Below, piece after piece: positions 20,001-30,200 of a DNA stretch of 64,000 bases. Source of the DNA: Candidatus Woesearchaeota archaeon (GTDB taxonomy: Archaea; Nanobdellota; Nanobdellia; Pacearchaeales; GW2011-AR1). Below the pieces are notes generated by a model, which saw only the letters and a list, made by a program, of their open reading frames with translations, was not told where the DNA came from and ran no database searches. The translations under genes and the position numbers were made by a program. Numbering within the stretch: position 1 is the first letter of the stretch; every line of letters starts with the position of its first letter. The stretch covers positions 15,614 through 79,613 of the forward strand of contig CAZBPV010000002.1 of the NCBI GenBank assembly GCA_964493885.1, given 5' to 3'.

Positions 20001-22187
20001 GAGGATTTCACAAAAGAAGAATTTTTGAGTTCAATGAATAACGGGCATCTTTATTCAACACAAGGGCCAACAATGAATTCAGAGTTTACTCTTTATTGCG
20101 ATGATGGAGAAAGCTATTATATGGGAGAAATAGCTAATTGCACTGAAATCCTTGTTAATGCAACAATCTCTGCAACAAATTCTTCTTATAAACTTCAAAA
20201 TATTTCTTTAATAAAAGATGGGGTTTCTTTAAGTGTTAAAAATGACTGTCCTGCAAGCCAGAACTGCACTTTTAATTATTCTGAAAATGTTTCATCTTCT
20301 GGGTATTATAGATTAGAAGCATGGGATTCTAATAACAAACAAATTTGGAGCAATCCAATTTGGATTACAAAGTTTGTTCCAAAGATAAATATTACTATTA
20401 ATGTTCCTTTAAATGGTTCTACAACAACAGAGCATTTCCCTGAGTTTAATGTAACTTTAGATAGAGTTGCAGAAGCTTTATGGTTTAATCATAAGGGGGC
20501 TAATCAAACTTTATGTGTTAATTGTTCTAGTTATTATGGAAATGGAGGGAATCTTCAAGAAGGGGTTCATAATTTCAGAGTTTATGCAAATAACAGCAAT
20601 AACGAAGTTTCAACTGCACTTTCTACATTTACAATTGATTTTAATAAGACTTATTATGAGAATTTTTCAAATAATTTTTCAATTAGTAGTATTACAAATG
20701 CTTTTTGGAATTCAAATAAGATAAGTTTAGCTACAAATGAAACTTCTGGGAATATTACTATTAAAAACATGGTTGCTGTGAATAATCTTAGCAGTCTTAG
20801 AATTATTTGGACAGAAAATAATACTGAAAATGCAAGAGGAGAAGGGCAATTAAATCCAGTAAGATTTTTTTACAAGTTTAGAGACGACTCTTGGAGTGAA
20901 TTAATTAATGGCTCTGAAATTTCGGGATTAAATACAAATAATTTAAGCATGAAATTTGAGTTTGATAAAAATAATTATACTTCTATAGACTTACTGAATT
21001 TCAGATTAACCTGGACTGAATTTACAATACCTTTAATTTCAAATGTTAGTGAATCAACAACAACTTCTAGTGCAACAATTTCATGGGCTACTGATACTGC
21101 GTCTAATTCAAGCGTGGAATATGGAACATCTTTTTCACTAGGAAGCATACAAAGCAATTCTTCTGATACAACAAGTCATTTAGTTACTTTAACTGGATTG
21201 AGTCCAAATACTGTTTATTATTATAAGATAAAAAGTTGCACCATAGACAGCTGTTCAGATTATCCTCAGTATCCTTATCCATTGGATTCATTCACAACTC
21301 AGCAAATTCCTGGAGGAAATAATGGCGGTGGCGGAGGAGGAGGCAGTGGAGGTGGAAACACAACTACTACAATAATTAATACAACTAATATTACTGGAGT
21401 TCATGCAATGTCTTCTTCAACCATAGACAATATAGTTGCTAAAGATGGAGATATAAAGAGTATTTCATGGAAAGTGAAGAATACAGGAACTTTATTTTTG
21501 AATAATTGTGTTTTAAAGGCTGTTGGAGATAAATTTTCTTGGTTGAGTGTTGGAGAGATATTTAATTTAGCTGCAGGACAAGAGCATGATTTTGTATTTA
21601 AGATTAATGTTCCAAAAGGAACTAGTTCTGGAGTGTATTCTATGGGAGTTGAATTAGTCTGCAAAGAACTTAGTGAAAGAGCTGATTTTAATGTTGAAAT
21701 TACTAAATCAAAATTAAATTTTGATTTAATCAAAGTAGAGAGAGCAGGGGGCAATGAAATTATTATTAAATATAATTTAAAGGAAATTTCTGGAATTAAT
21801 CAGGAAGTTAATCTGCAGTTCATGATATTTGATGATAAGAATAATAAAATATTAGAAGCTATTGATATAAGAGAGCTTAAGGCATTTGAAGAAGGAGAAT
21901 TTACATTAAGAATCAAGGTTGATAAAAGATTAAAAGGAAATCTTAATCTTCTTGTTAATTTAAACTCAGAAACCTACTCTGGTTTTATTCAGGAGGATGT
22001 TTTCCTTGCTCCAATGAGCGGATTTTCAATATTTGGTGAAACTTTAGAGGGTTCAGATATAGTTCTTTGGGGAGCAATAGCTTTTGTTTCTGGCATTATC
22101 TTGTTTTTTATTGCAAAGCAAATAATTAATAGTAGAAAGGCAAAAAGAAGAATGAATAATATTATTTATTTAGGATATCATAGATAA
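17016..22187 (+). CDS. giant surface protein (1723 aa): 2x LamG/ConA-like lectin domains, Ig-like modules, PHP metallo-phosphoesterase domain, FN3, CARDB-like domain and a C-terminal TM anchor
   Basis: Signal MKRGILLILILLISFALVAG. LamG pattern twice (AYWRLNE...FDGVNDYVNLG and SAYYFDGVNDYIIVADS). PHP motifs IHTHTTNSDG...AVTDHN...AAHPNW...SDDMH. FN3 ATISWATDTASNSSVEYG...LTGLSPNTVYYYKI. Gly linker, terminal TM and KAKRR. A GAAGGAGGA SD-like element lies upstream. Confidence 0.8.
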   Translation: MKRGILLILILLISFALVAGLSFSDLGEEDFSGTFNNTFYNLSGFVQVGNLSINGSEITEMIGNENGLIAYWRLNESSWNGTSGEVKDVLGNRNGTSISGANTTSGLFARAGSFDGVNDYVNLGNIFSSPQDNGTISFWFKTSDTNGTILSQDATGWNNLDTLFGIGQQNVIACTAGYLCFETHGPSTSLSRGVNSGVIVNDNEWHFAVLSFNNTGYYLYLDGDLKNTVAYDGGIWGSNGSQDIYMGQRQLMSYYSGNVDEVAFWNRDLNSTEIQELYQKGSNSSGEQPTTGTYESEVKDAGGISNWTDISWNGLSSGNPLGKANIIFLRMNGNAYDENGINNGTVSGAVNASGKYDSAYYFDGVNDYIIVADSSSLDLTSDFSLGAWVNMSSLPSGVNEWRGIITKGGQGDGLGTDHNYFLAIDNAIWGTGVGITFGYENSAGANFDTRYQINSTYLNAWHHIVGVFNDSVNTMTLYINGIQVSQDSDVTATPTTQSEPLFIGRNMNGSSNIYYFNGTIDDAFITNKSLSLTQIQEIYSNNDYSSSSEGGSSNLQIQVRTSNDNSSWTDYTSYYNYPSSLNISNSRYIQYRAYFADVLAKLYNLTINYLSLGAVSVSLDSPADNYLTNEYNINVTCSASASAGLVNITPYYSKFDWGQSEPARSVSGTSNTTIFTLNEISSTINWNCYACDVEGNCSFASQNRTIIGDILSPEITLISPANNNLSTERSNNFVFNVTDNRAGTLNCTLYVDSEAKASNSSVFSGVSTILSASLSNGNYSWWINCSDGINYNISETRNISVNNTGNIIWAKTQIHTHTTNSDGSSSPATVISTYKNADYNILAVTDHNVITNCSNYTNLSENFICIQSEEWTPGSGTYLKHVLRINISSHVAVGTSTDAEVQNAMTTAKNEGGFAVAAHPNWSSTLWNTSSLINFQNYSHMEIYNGVIERLSPSPYAVQKWDVVLQSGKRMFGVASDDMHVISSDFGKGWIMVYMEDFTKEEFLSSMNNGHLYSTQGPTMNSEFTLYCDDGESYYMGEIANCTEILVNATISATNSSYKLQNISLIKDGVSLSVKNDCPASQNCTFNYSENVSSSGYYRLEAWDSNNKQIWSNPIWITKFVPKINITINVPLNGSTTTEHFPEFNVTLDRVAEALWFNHKGANQTLCVNCSSYYGNGGNLQEGVHNFRVYANNSNNEVSTALSTFTIDFNKTYYENFSNNFSISSITNAFWNSNKISLATNETSGNITIKNMVAVNNLSSLRIIWTENNTENARGEGQLNPVRFFYKFRDDSWSELINGSEISGLNTNNLSMKFEFDKNNYTSIDLLNFRLTWTEFTIPLISNVSESTTTSSATISWATDTASNSSVEYGTSFSLGSIQSNSSDTTSHLVTLTGLSPNTVYYYKIKSCTIDSCSDYPQYPYPLDSFTTQQIPGGNNGGGGGGGSGGGNTTTTIINTTNITGVHAMSSSTIDNIVAKDGDIKSISWKVKNTGTLFLNNCVLKAVGDKFSWLSVGEIFNLAAGQEHDFVFKINVPKGTSSGVYSMGVELVCKELSERADFNVEITKSKLNFDLIKVERAGGNEIIIKYNLKEISGINQEVNLQFMIFDDKNNKILEAIDIRELKAFEEGEFTLRIKVDKRLKGNLNLLVNLNSETYSGFIQEDVFLAPMSGFSIFGETLEGSDIVLWGAIAFVSGIILFFIAKQIINSRKAKRRMNNIIYLGYHR

Positions 22188-22210
22188 AACTAATAAGAAT
22201 TATTTCTTTT

Positions 22211-22414
22211 TTATCCTCGTAATCTCTTAGCACGATTTATTAAAGAAATTGCTTTTTTTTCTTTGCTGATGTTTTTTCTTAATTTTTTGTCTCTTTTTTT
22301 TATCCTGGAAATCTCTGTTTCAAGATATGCCTTGGATTTTTCAATTACTCTAAGCTTTTCTTCTAAATTCTTTAAACGTTCACTTTTTTCAATTCTTTTT
22401 TTACTCTTTTTCAT
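22211..22414 (-). CDS. small basic coiled-coil protein (67 aa), hypothetical
   Basis: Lys/Glu-rich heptad-like sequence; last gene of the minus-strand surface cluster; weak coding evidence. Confidence 0.35.
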   Translation of the reverse strand: MKKSKKRIEKSERLKNLEEKLRVIEKSKAYLETEISRIKKRDKKLRKNISKEKKAISLINRAKRLRG

Positions 22415-22448
22415 AATCCTTATTATTTATTTTCCTTTTTATTTCTTT

Positions 22449-23672
22449 CTATTTAATTCTCTTTTTTAATCTTCTTTTATATTCCTTAAAGATTCTTTTC
22501 TTTCTTATTAAATATCTTTTTGATTCTAGTAATGCAATAATATTTAGTGTAATGTAGCATCCAACAACAAATGCAATTAATTTTGCAATTATTTCTCCAT
22601 AGTTATCAATAAAATCTTGGATAATTTTTGGGGTTGCTGATTTTTCTTCAACTTTAAACCACTTGCTTGCACTAGCTGTTCTTGAGTCATAAGTTACTTT
22701 AATATAAAATAAATAATTTCCTTCCTCAATGCTATCTGGAAGTTTAAATGTTTTAGTCATGCTTAGTGATGTTCCAATTATTAGAATTTGTTTTTCTCCA
22801 AAAAGGATATTTCCATCTATATCTTTAATTACATATTCTATTTGAACATCTGTTTCTCCTGCTTTTCCAATGTTATAAAAAGTAACTTGTGAGATTAATT
22901 CATCGCCTGGTTGGTAAATTGTAGGTTCTTTTGGAATTTCAAGAGTAACATCAAATAAAAAATCTAAGGATTCTACCTCTATGTAGAATAATATTTCTTT
23001 TTGAGAATCATCTGTAATAATAATTACTCTTTCTAGATAAACTTCTGGGATTTTATTTTTATCAGCTGAAAAGGTGAATGTTACTTCCTTTGCTTCTCCT
23101 GGATTTAAGTAAAATTCTTTATCACTTATCCTTATTAATAAGTCAGTTAAATCCTTGTCTTCTATTCTAATATTTGTTCCTGTTGCTTGATTATTTTTTA
23201 TTAATAATCTTATTTCTTTTGTCTCTGTTTGTTTTAGTGTTACTGGAATTTTTTCTTCACTAATAGTTATATTTTCTTTTTCAACTATTACTTCTCTTCC
23301 TCTCCCACCTCCGCCCGTAGATACTTGCTGAACAGTAAAAGTAACATTATCAGACAATACTGTTCCATTGCTTATATTTCCATATAAATAAAGTGTATGC
23401 TGTCCTACACTTGCTTGAAAGTAAAGAGAGGTGTTTATTGTTATGTTTGCAGTATTATCTAAATTATACCATATTGTATTAATTAAATTTGAATTATAAT
23501 CTAAAAGAATATACTCATTTTCTTCATAAGTTGTATTTTGAGGGCTTACTAGGTTTAGATAGGGATTATTTGAGACTACACTTACTGAAACTCCTGTTTC
23601 TTGGCTTGTGCTTGCGTTTATTGCTGTTAATAATAGAATTAATAAAATTCCTATGAAATACTCTCTTTTCAT
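22449..23672 (-). CDS. secreted membrane-anchored surface protein (407 aa)
   Basis: Signal peptide MKREYFIGILLILLLTAINAS, a GGGGRGRE linker, CARDB/Ig-like beta-rich repeats, and a C-terminal TM plus basic tail. Confidence 0.6.
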   Translation of the reverse strand: MKREYFIGILLILLLTAINASTSQETGVSVSVVSNNPYLNLVSPQNTTYEENEYILLDYNSNLINTIWYNLDNTANITINTSLYFQASVGQHTLYLYGNISNGTVLSDNVTFTVQQVSTGGGGRGREVIVEKENITISEEKIPVTLKQTETKEIRLLIKNNQATGTNIRIEDKDLTDLLIRISDKEFYLNPGEAKEVTFTFSADKNKIPEVYLERVIIITDDSQKEILFYIEVESLDFLFDVTLEIPKEPTIYQPGDELISQVTFYNIGKAGETDVQIEYVIKDIDGNILFGEKQILIIGTSLSMTKTFKLPDSIEEGNYLFYIKVTYDSRTASASKWFKVEEKSATPKIIQDFIDNYGEIIAKLIAFVVGCYITLNIIALLESKRYLIRKKRIFKEYKRRLKKRIK

Positions 23673-23721
23673 AACACAAAAAGAAAAACAAAGTATTTAA
23701 ATTTATTTTTTAATTAGGAAT

Positions 23722-24237
23722 TTATCTTTTTTTCTTATTTTTAAGAAGAATCCATAACATTGCTACTAAGATTAGTATTGCAATTATTAGAGCAACAATC
23801 ATTCCTGTGCTTGTTTCTGCAACTGCTTCGCCTGCTATTACATCAAAAGCTATTGTCATCCCAGTTCCCATTGAAATTCCTTGAGTATCTTCTTGAACTG
23901 TTTTTAACTCAACTTTAACTGTCTTGGTTTCTCCAGGAATTGCATCTTTTGAAACTGAAATCTTTAATGGGACTGTAGTATTAGAAGTTCCGGATTTAAC
24001 TAAAAAAGTATCTTCAGAAAGAGAAGTTACATCATTTCCTTCAATAAGAAATGCTTTAACCTCTACATCTTCTTCTCCAATCATGTTTTGTAGATTTAGA
24101 TTAACTGTTTTTGTTTCCCCTCTATCCATAACAAGGGGATTTTCATCCCAGTAAGGAGAACTGACTCCAAAAGCACTTGTTAAAGAGATTAATAGAATTA
24201 TAGATACTATACTTAGTATAATATTCTTGATTTTCAT
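23722..24237 (-). CDS. small secreted membrane-anchored protein (171 aa)
   Basis: Signal MKIKNIILSIVSIILLISLTSA, a single beta-sandwich-like body, and a C-terminal TM MIVALIIAILILVAMLWILL followed by KNKKKR. Confidence 0.6.
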   Translation of the reverse strand: MKIKNIILSIVSIILLISLTSAFGVSSPYWDENPLVMDRGETKTVNLNLQNMIGEEDVEVKAFLIEGNDVTSLSEDTFLVKSGTSNTTVPLKISVSKDAIPGETKTVKVELKTVQEDTQGISMGTGMTIAFDVIAGEAVAETSTGMIVALIIAILILVAMLWILLKNKKKR

Positions 24238-24270
24238 ATCTTTAGATGATTCTATCTCTTTTAAATTTTC

Positions 24271-27200
24271 TTATTTCTTGGTTCTATTATATATTGTCCA
24301 GATATTACGCTGGTCTCTACTTAGTAAATCTGCAATTTCTGAGAACTTCATGTCTTTTTCTTTTAAATAAACAACAATCGCCTCAAAAATTGTTAATTCT
24401 CTGTTTTTGAAAATTGAAGTTGGTATATGAACAAGGGTTTTACTTATTTTTAATTTCTCAGGCATTTTTATTTTAGATTTATTATATGCTGTCCAGATTG
24501 TTCTATCATCTCTGTTTAATAATAATGCAATTTCATGATAAGTTAATTCAAGATTTTCTTTAAGATATTTAACAATAGCTTCTAATCCTCCAATTTTATC
24601 TGTGAAAATACTTACTGGAATAGATAAATCATCTACAATTATCTTTCTCTTTTTCTTTTTTGCAGTTGAAATCATTACAAGGCTTAATATTACTTTGATT
24701 AGCCAGCTTCCATATCCTTGTGTTGAATAAGTCTGAGATGAAACATCCCCTACTTCATTTATGCAATAGTATAATTGTTCTTGTCCGATTCCCCCTCCAA
24801 GGCTTAGGTTTCCTGCTTGGAGAATTACTCCTGTAATGTTTGTGTCAGTTGCATTCTGAAGCCGAGTTCCTGCACAATCATCTGCTGTTCCTATTGAGAA
24901 ATTCTCAGCAGCAAGATACTCACTTGCATTTGTTTCTCCGAGAAGATTTAGTGCATTTATTGCAATTTTATCTGTCATGTTGTAGTTTCCTGTATTATTA
25001 ATAATCACTGGGTCATTTGTTGCTGTTTGATTAGATGCGCTGGCATTTACATTAAAAGTAATATTGCCTGGAGATATTACTATTGCTTGCAATAAATTAT
25101 ATGTAAAATATGTTAAATCATTAATAGTCTCATTTTCATAAATATCTTTTCCAGAAACACTTACATTCCAGTTACCTGCTGAGTCAAAATACCACATATT
25201 TATTGTGCAGGAATAATTTGCACAAGTAGAGTTAATGTCTGAAACTAATATGCAGGAATTATTTTCACGTGTTGCTTGCCCTGCTCTTGTGAAATTGGCT
25301 TTAACACTTGTGTCATTTAAATCTGCAACACCATTTTCATCGCACATTGTTGTGTAGAATGTTATTGGAGTTGAACTTGCTTCTATTGGATTTGTATTTG
25401 CAATTGGAGAAATGTAAGTTATATTCGGAGCTATATTTACGGGAGCAGTGTAATTAATTTTCAAACTTCTATTTGTATCTGCCCAGTCAGTTTGGCTGGA
25501 ATTGTCATAAGCAAGGCAATTCCAGGTATAATTTCCATTAATTAATGATAAATTCCAGCTTGTTGAGTTGCTTGTTCCAGAAATTGCTGTTGTCTGATTT
25601 AATGCAAAGCTTGAGTTTGTTGAGTCTGTTATATATAAACTCATATTTACTAATTGGTAATCATCAGTTGCATTGCATTGGAATGTAATATTGACTGGAG
25701 AGGAGGAATCATTGTAATAGTTATCTAAAGGAAGACTAAGAGTTACATTTGGAGAGTTGTCAAGAATAGTATAGCTTATATTTAATTCAGGCCATCTTGT
25801 GCTGTTAATATTATCACTGCTTGCAAAGCTTGTTGTTCCGCTTCCTGCAGTTGTTGTTCTTAAAAGTATACCATAATTTACAAGAGTTCCATTTACCATA
25901 TTTTGAACTAAATCTGTTAAATTCCAGTCAAAGAAAGTATTGATTGCTGTGATAGTTGTGTTATTCCAGATATTTGAGTCAAAATCTCCTCCAGAAATAT
26001 CCCAGCTTGCAGTTCCACTTCTATTATTCCATGTTGCACCATTTCCTGTTATTGTTCCTGTGCCTGTTCCTTCTGTCCATGTACTATTAACTCTGTAAAC
26101 ATTTACTATTGCATCAGAGCTTCCTTTTGCAGTTGCATACAATGTTAAAATTGCTGAATCAATTATTGCATTTGCTGGAATACTTGAAACATTAAATTCT
26201 ATTAGAATCCTTCTTGCATCATCTCCTCTTATATCAAGTGTTGAATCTGCACCATAATTAGCATTTGGAGTGCCTTGAACAATATGAGTATCTTTTCCAA
26301 GAGTTGCATTTGGCTGCAGAACCTCAATAAATCCCGGGTCTGTTGAGTTTATAGTTATATTATATGTTTCTCCTGGAGTTAATAATTTCGCAGTTGTCCA
26401 ATTTAATTCATCGTTGCAAAGAAGAGTAGTCATATTCCAGTCAAGGCATTTGTATAAGTAATTTCCTTGAGTGGCATTCATGCTTAGAGTCATATTATCA
26501 AAAATCATGCATTCTGCAGATATTGCATAACTGTTATTTCCAATTGTTTCATTTGTATTGCTTTCAAAAGTAATATTACTGCATCCACTGATGTTAAATC
26601 CTGAAATAAATATATTCTCTACATCTTCATCAGAGATGGTGATATTCAAGTCATAAATTCCATTTCCGTAATCTGTTGCAATTGTCACGCTATAATTTAA
26701 TTCACTGCCTTCATTGGAAGTTAGGTTTATGTCTGGAGCTGCGTCAATAGTTATGTTTCTGATTTCGCTTCTGCCCCAATTTTCAATTTCATCCATTGCG
26801 TATATGCTGTAGGTATAAGAATTATCAGCCAAGCCAGTTTTGTTTAAATACAAGGAAATATTATTATCTGAGCCAATTACATTTAGGCTTTCATTTCCTC
26901 CATTCCATTGCAACAAGTAATCATCTATTGAATTAGCATCTGTGGCAGTTGCATTTATGTATATCCCATTTTGATTTAGTGTTGAATTGTTATCTGGTGT
27001 TGGGGATACAAACAAAATAATTGGAGCAGTATTGTCTATTGTGAAATTTCCTCCAAGAGTATATGATACATTATATAATTCAACAGTATTATTTTCAAAG
27101 ACAGTTATTCTTAAAGAATAATTTTCATCAGCATATTGACTTGTATTCCATGCATAACTTGTTGAGCTTGCATTTCCATAATTACTTATAATTGTTGCGT

Positions 27201-30200
27201 TATAACTCAAATCAGGATTAAGAAGAGTTATGTTGAACTGCAAGCTGTCTCCTTCTACATCATAAACATTGCTCCAGATTATATTATAAATCCCGGAAAT
27301 AACTTCATTAGGGGTTGGGGTGAGCAGGAATGGTGTTGTTGGAGCGTCGTTTATTTCTTCAATTGTAAAGTTAGTTTTTTCAGTATTATTTACTGCTCCA
27401 AGAGTATCATTTGCAATAATTGTAATATTATAATCTCCTTGTATTGAGGTATCTGTAAAGCTTCCAACATAAAGTAAAGGATTTATTCCTGTTTCTAAAT
27501 CATCCCACTCAACACTTATATTCCCCCAACCTGTTTCTGTTGATTCAGTCTCCAAAGTAATAAACAGTCCCGGATAAACATCTATTTCACTTTCTGTTTC
27601 CTCAAACCAAGAACTATCTGAGTTATTCCAAGTATAAAATGTGAAGGTATTATTGACTCTTTTTATTCTGAATTTTCCTTCTGTGTCATTGGTTTCTCTT
27701 TCTGAAATATAATCTGAGATATTTCCGTCATTTACAAACACATCATAGTTTCTTCCATAACCTGTCCAGTTTCCAATAGACATAAATATATTTTTAGAAG
27801 CATTTATTGAAGATGAAATCTCAGTTAATTTAAACAGCATGGCATAATCAATTCCTGATTCATTAGTGATATTAAATGAAACATTCATGTCAAAATCTCC
27901 AATTGTTTGCTGAATCATTACAAGACTGCAATAAGTATCTGTGTTTGGAGTCCCATTTCCACTTATTGAAGTATATGCTTTGTCTGTTATTGTTGTATCA
28001 ATGTTGGCTGTACAGATTTGATTGCTTTCAATAGACTCATTTTCAACTTTCCAGACAATCCCCATTGTATTAAAGTTAAAATTATCTTTTTGAGGGGGTT
28101 GATAAAGAGAAATATTCACTGCTGTGCTATTCGGGTAAGTTATCTCTGCCATTGCAGAGCTTATTCCATCACTGTCAGTTATATTTGCCATTATTGCAAT
28201 ATAACTATCTTCTTGTCTTACAGTGTTTGCTTTAGGGTAGAGGATTACCACGCTTGCGGGAGTTGGAGTGGTTAAATTGAATGTTACGCTTGTTGAGTTG
28301 AAATTTCCAAGAGTATCATTTGCATAGGCATAAATTGTATTGCTTCCTTCACTGAAGTTATAGTACAAAGATGAATTATAAGTCAGATTTGCAGTTCCAT
28401 TATTCCACCAAATATTAATTGCATCAGAATTATTTGTAATATTTATTAAAATTGGATTAGAAATATAATTTTGATTTAATGGAGAAATAAATACAATATA
28501 TGGGGGGGTTGCATCTAATGTTATTGTATAATTTCCTTCATTGCTATAATTTGAATTTCCATTTGCATCAGAACCAAGACAATTCCATTTGAATGAATTG
28601 TCATAAGGTAAATTATAAGTCCAGTTTGTTTGATTGAACACTCCTGTTAGGTTTGTTGTGTTAGAATGTATAAGATTATTGCTAGAATTCCATATTTTTA
28701 ATGTGAGGTTTGCAATTTCTATATTTGAGATATTGCATGAGAATGTCTGGCTTGATTGATTTGTTAAGGTATTATTTGCAGGAGAGATTAAATGGACTTC
28801 TGGAGAAGTTATGTCCTGAGCAGTTATTGTGTAGACTATTGTTCCACTTAAATCAGTCAGAGGCATTGTTATTGTTTTTTCTGTTGTGTTAATTATAACA
28901 TCATTAGTTATATCTGTCGTATTCCCATTTGTTGTTTTTGTTACATTAAATTCCCAATCATCAGGCACGCCGTAAGCAGAATAATTTGTCCATGTTGTTA
29001 CATTATATAACATAACCTGTGAAATGAAAATACTTGATAAAGTTATATTCCATCTTTTATCTGACGTTGTGTTATAGTAAATTGTTTCATTGTTTCTGAT
29101 TGCATCTTTAATACCTGCCTGTAAAGTTTCATTTATAGTTGTATTGCCTGGAATAACCTCGGTATTCCAGCTAATCTGATTGTTTGTATAGGTTGTGAGA
29201 TTATTCGGCGCACCTGCAGAAGTATTATCACTTGCCAATAACTGTCCTGTTGAATTCCAGACATAATTTGTTCCATTTATCCTACTATTTGGATAATCTG
29301 CAAGTATCTGCGGCTTGAAGAAATAATGAGTATATCTTTCTGAGGACTCTGTATTGTTGAATGTTATCCACCATTTTCTTGTAACATTTATATTTTGGTT
29401 AGAACCAATAGTATAATTATTTTCAATCTGTGCCCATGTTGCAATTGAACTTAGCATTTGTGTTGGTTCAGCATGCTTTATTTCTATGTTTGCTGGTTGT
29501 CCTGTGTAGTTGTAGTAAACTGTAACCTGCTCAGAAACAGCAGAAGAGCAATTTAAATGCAAGTGCATTACTAAATAATTATTTTGCGAGATTGTGTAAT
29601 TTTCAGTCATATTCTGCTCAATCAAAGTTGGAGTGTTTGCTGAAATTAATACAGGCGAGTCGCAGTGCTCTATAAGTGGATTGAGATTAAAGTTATAGAC
29701 CTGCATGCACAAATATGGCTGGCATGTATCATTGCTGACAGAAACATTCAATCGCAAAGTATGCAATCCAAGCATATTGTAATCTTTCATGAAAGAGCAG
29801 TTTGTTCCTGCTCCGCAAAAATAAAACATCTTGCTTAATTCATTTTCTCCAATGCTTGCGCTTATGGCTTCTGTGAAATTATAGACATTTCCTTGCGTAG
29901 ACTCTTTTCTCAGCCAGGTTGTCGTGTAATTATTAGCTGAGCCGTAACTTCTGTTTTCCCATTCCCATAAATACGCAAATAACCAGACATTTGTGGATGT
30001 GTTGTTGGATGAAGAGTTATAATTGGTTTTTGAGCATGTCACATTAAAATTAACAACATCATACATTAGATAATTACTCACATTCCCTGTGTAGTTTCCA
30101 GAACTTTCATTGTATGTTAAAGAGGTTATATCGCTTGTCTCGTCATTTGTAACATTACAGATTGCTCCGCTAATTGGCTGTCCTAGGCTATCTAGGTAAC

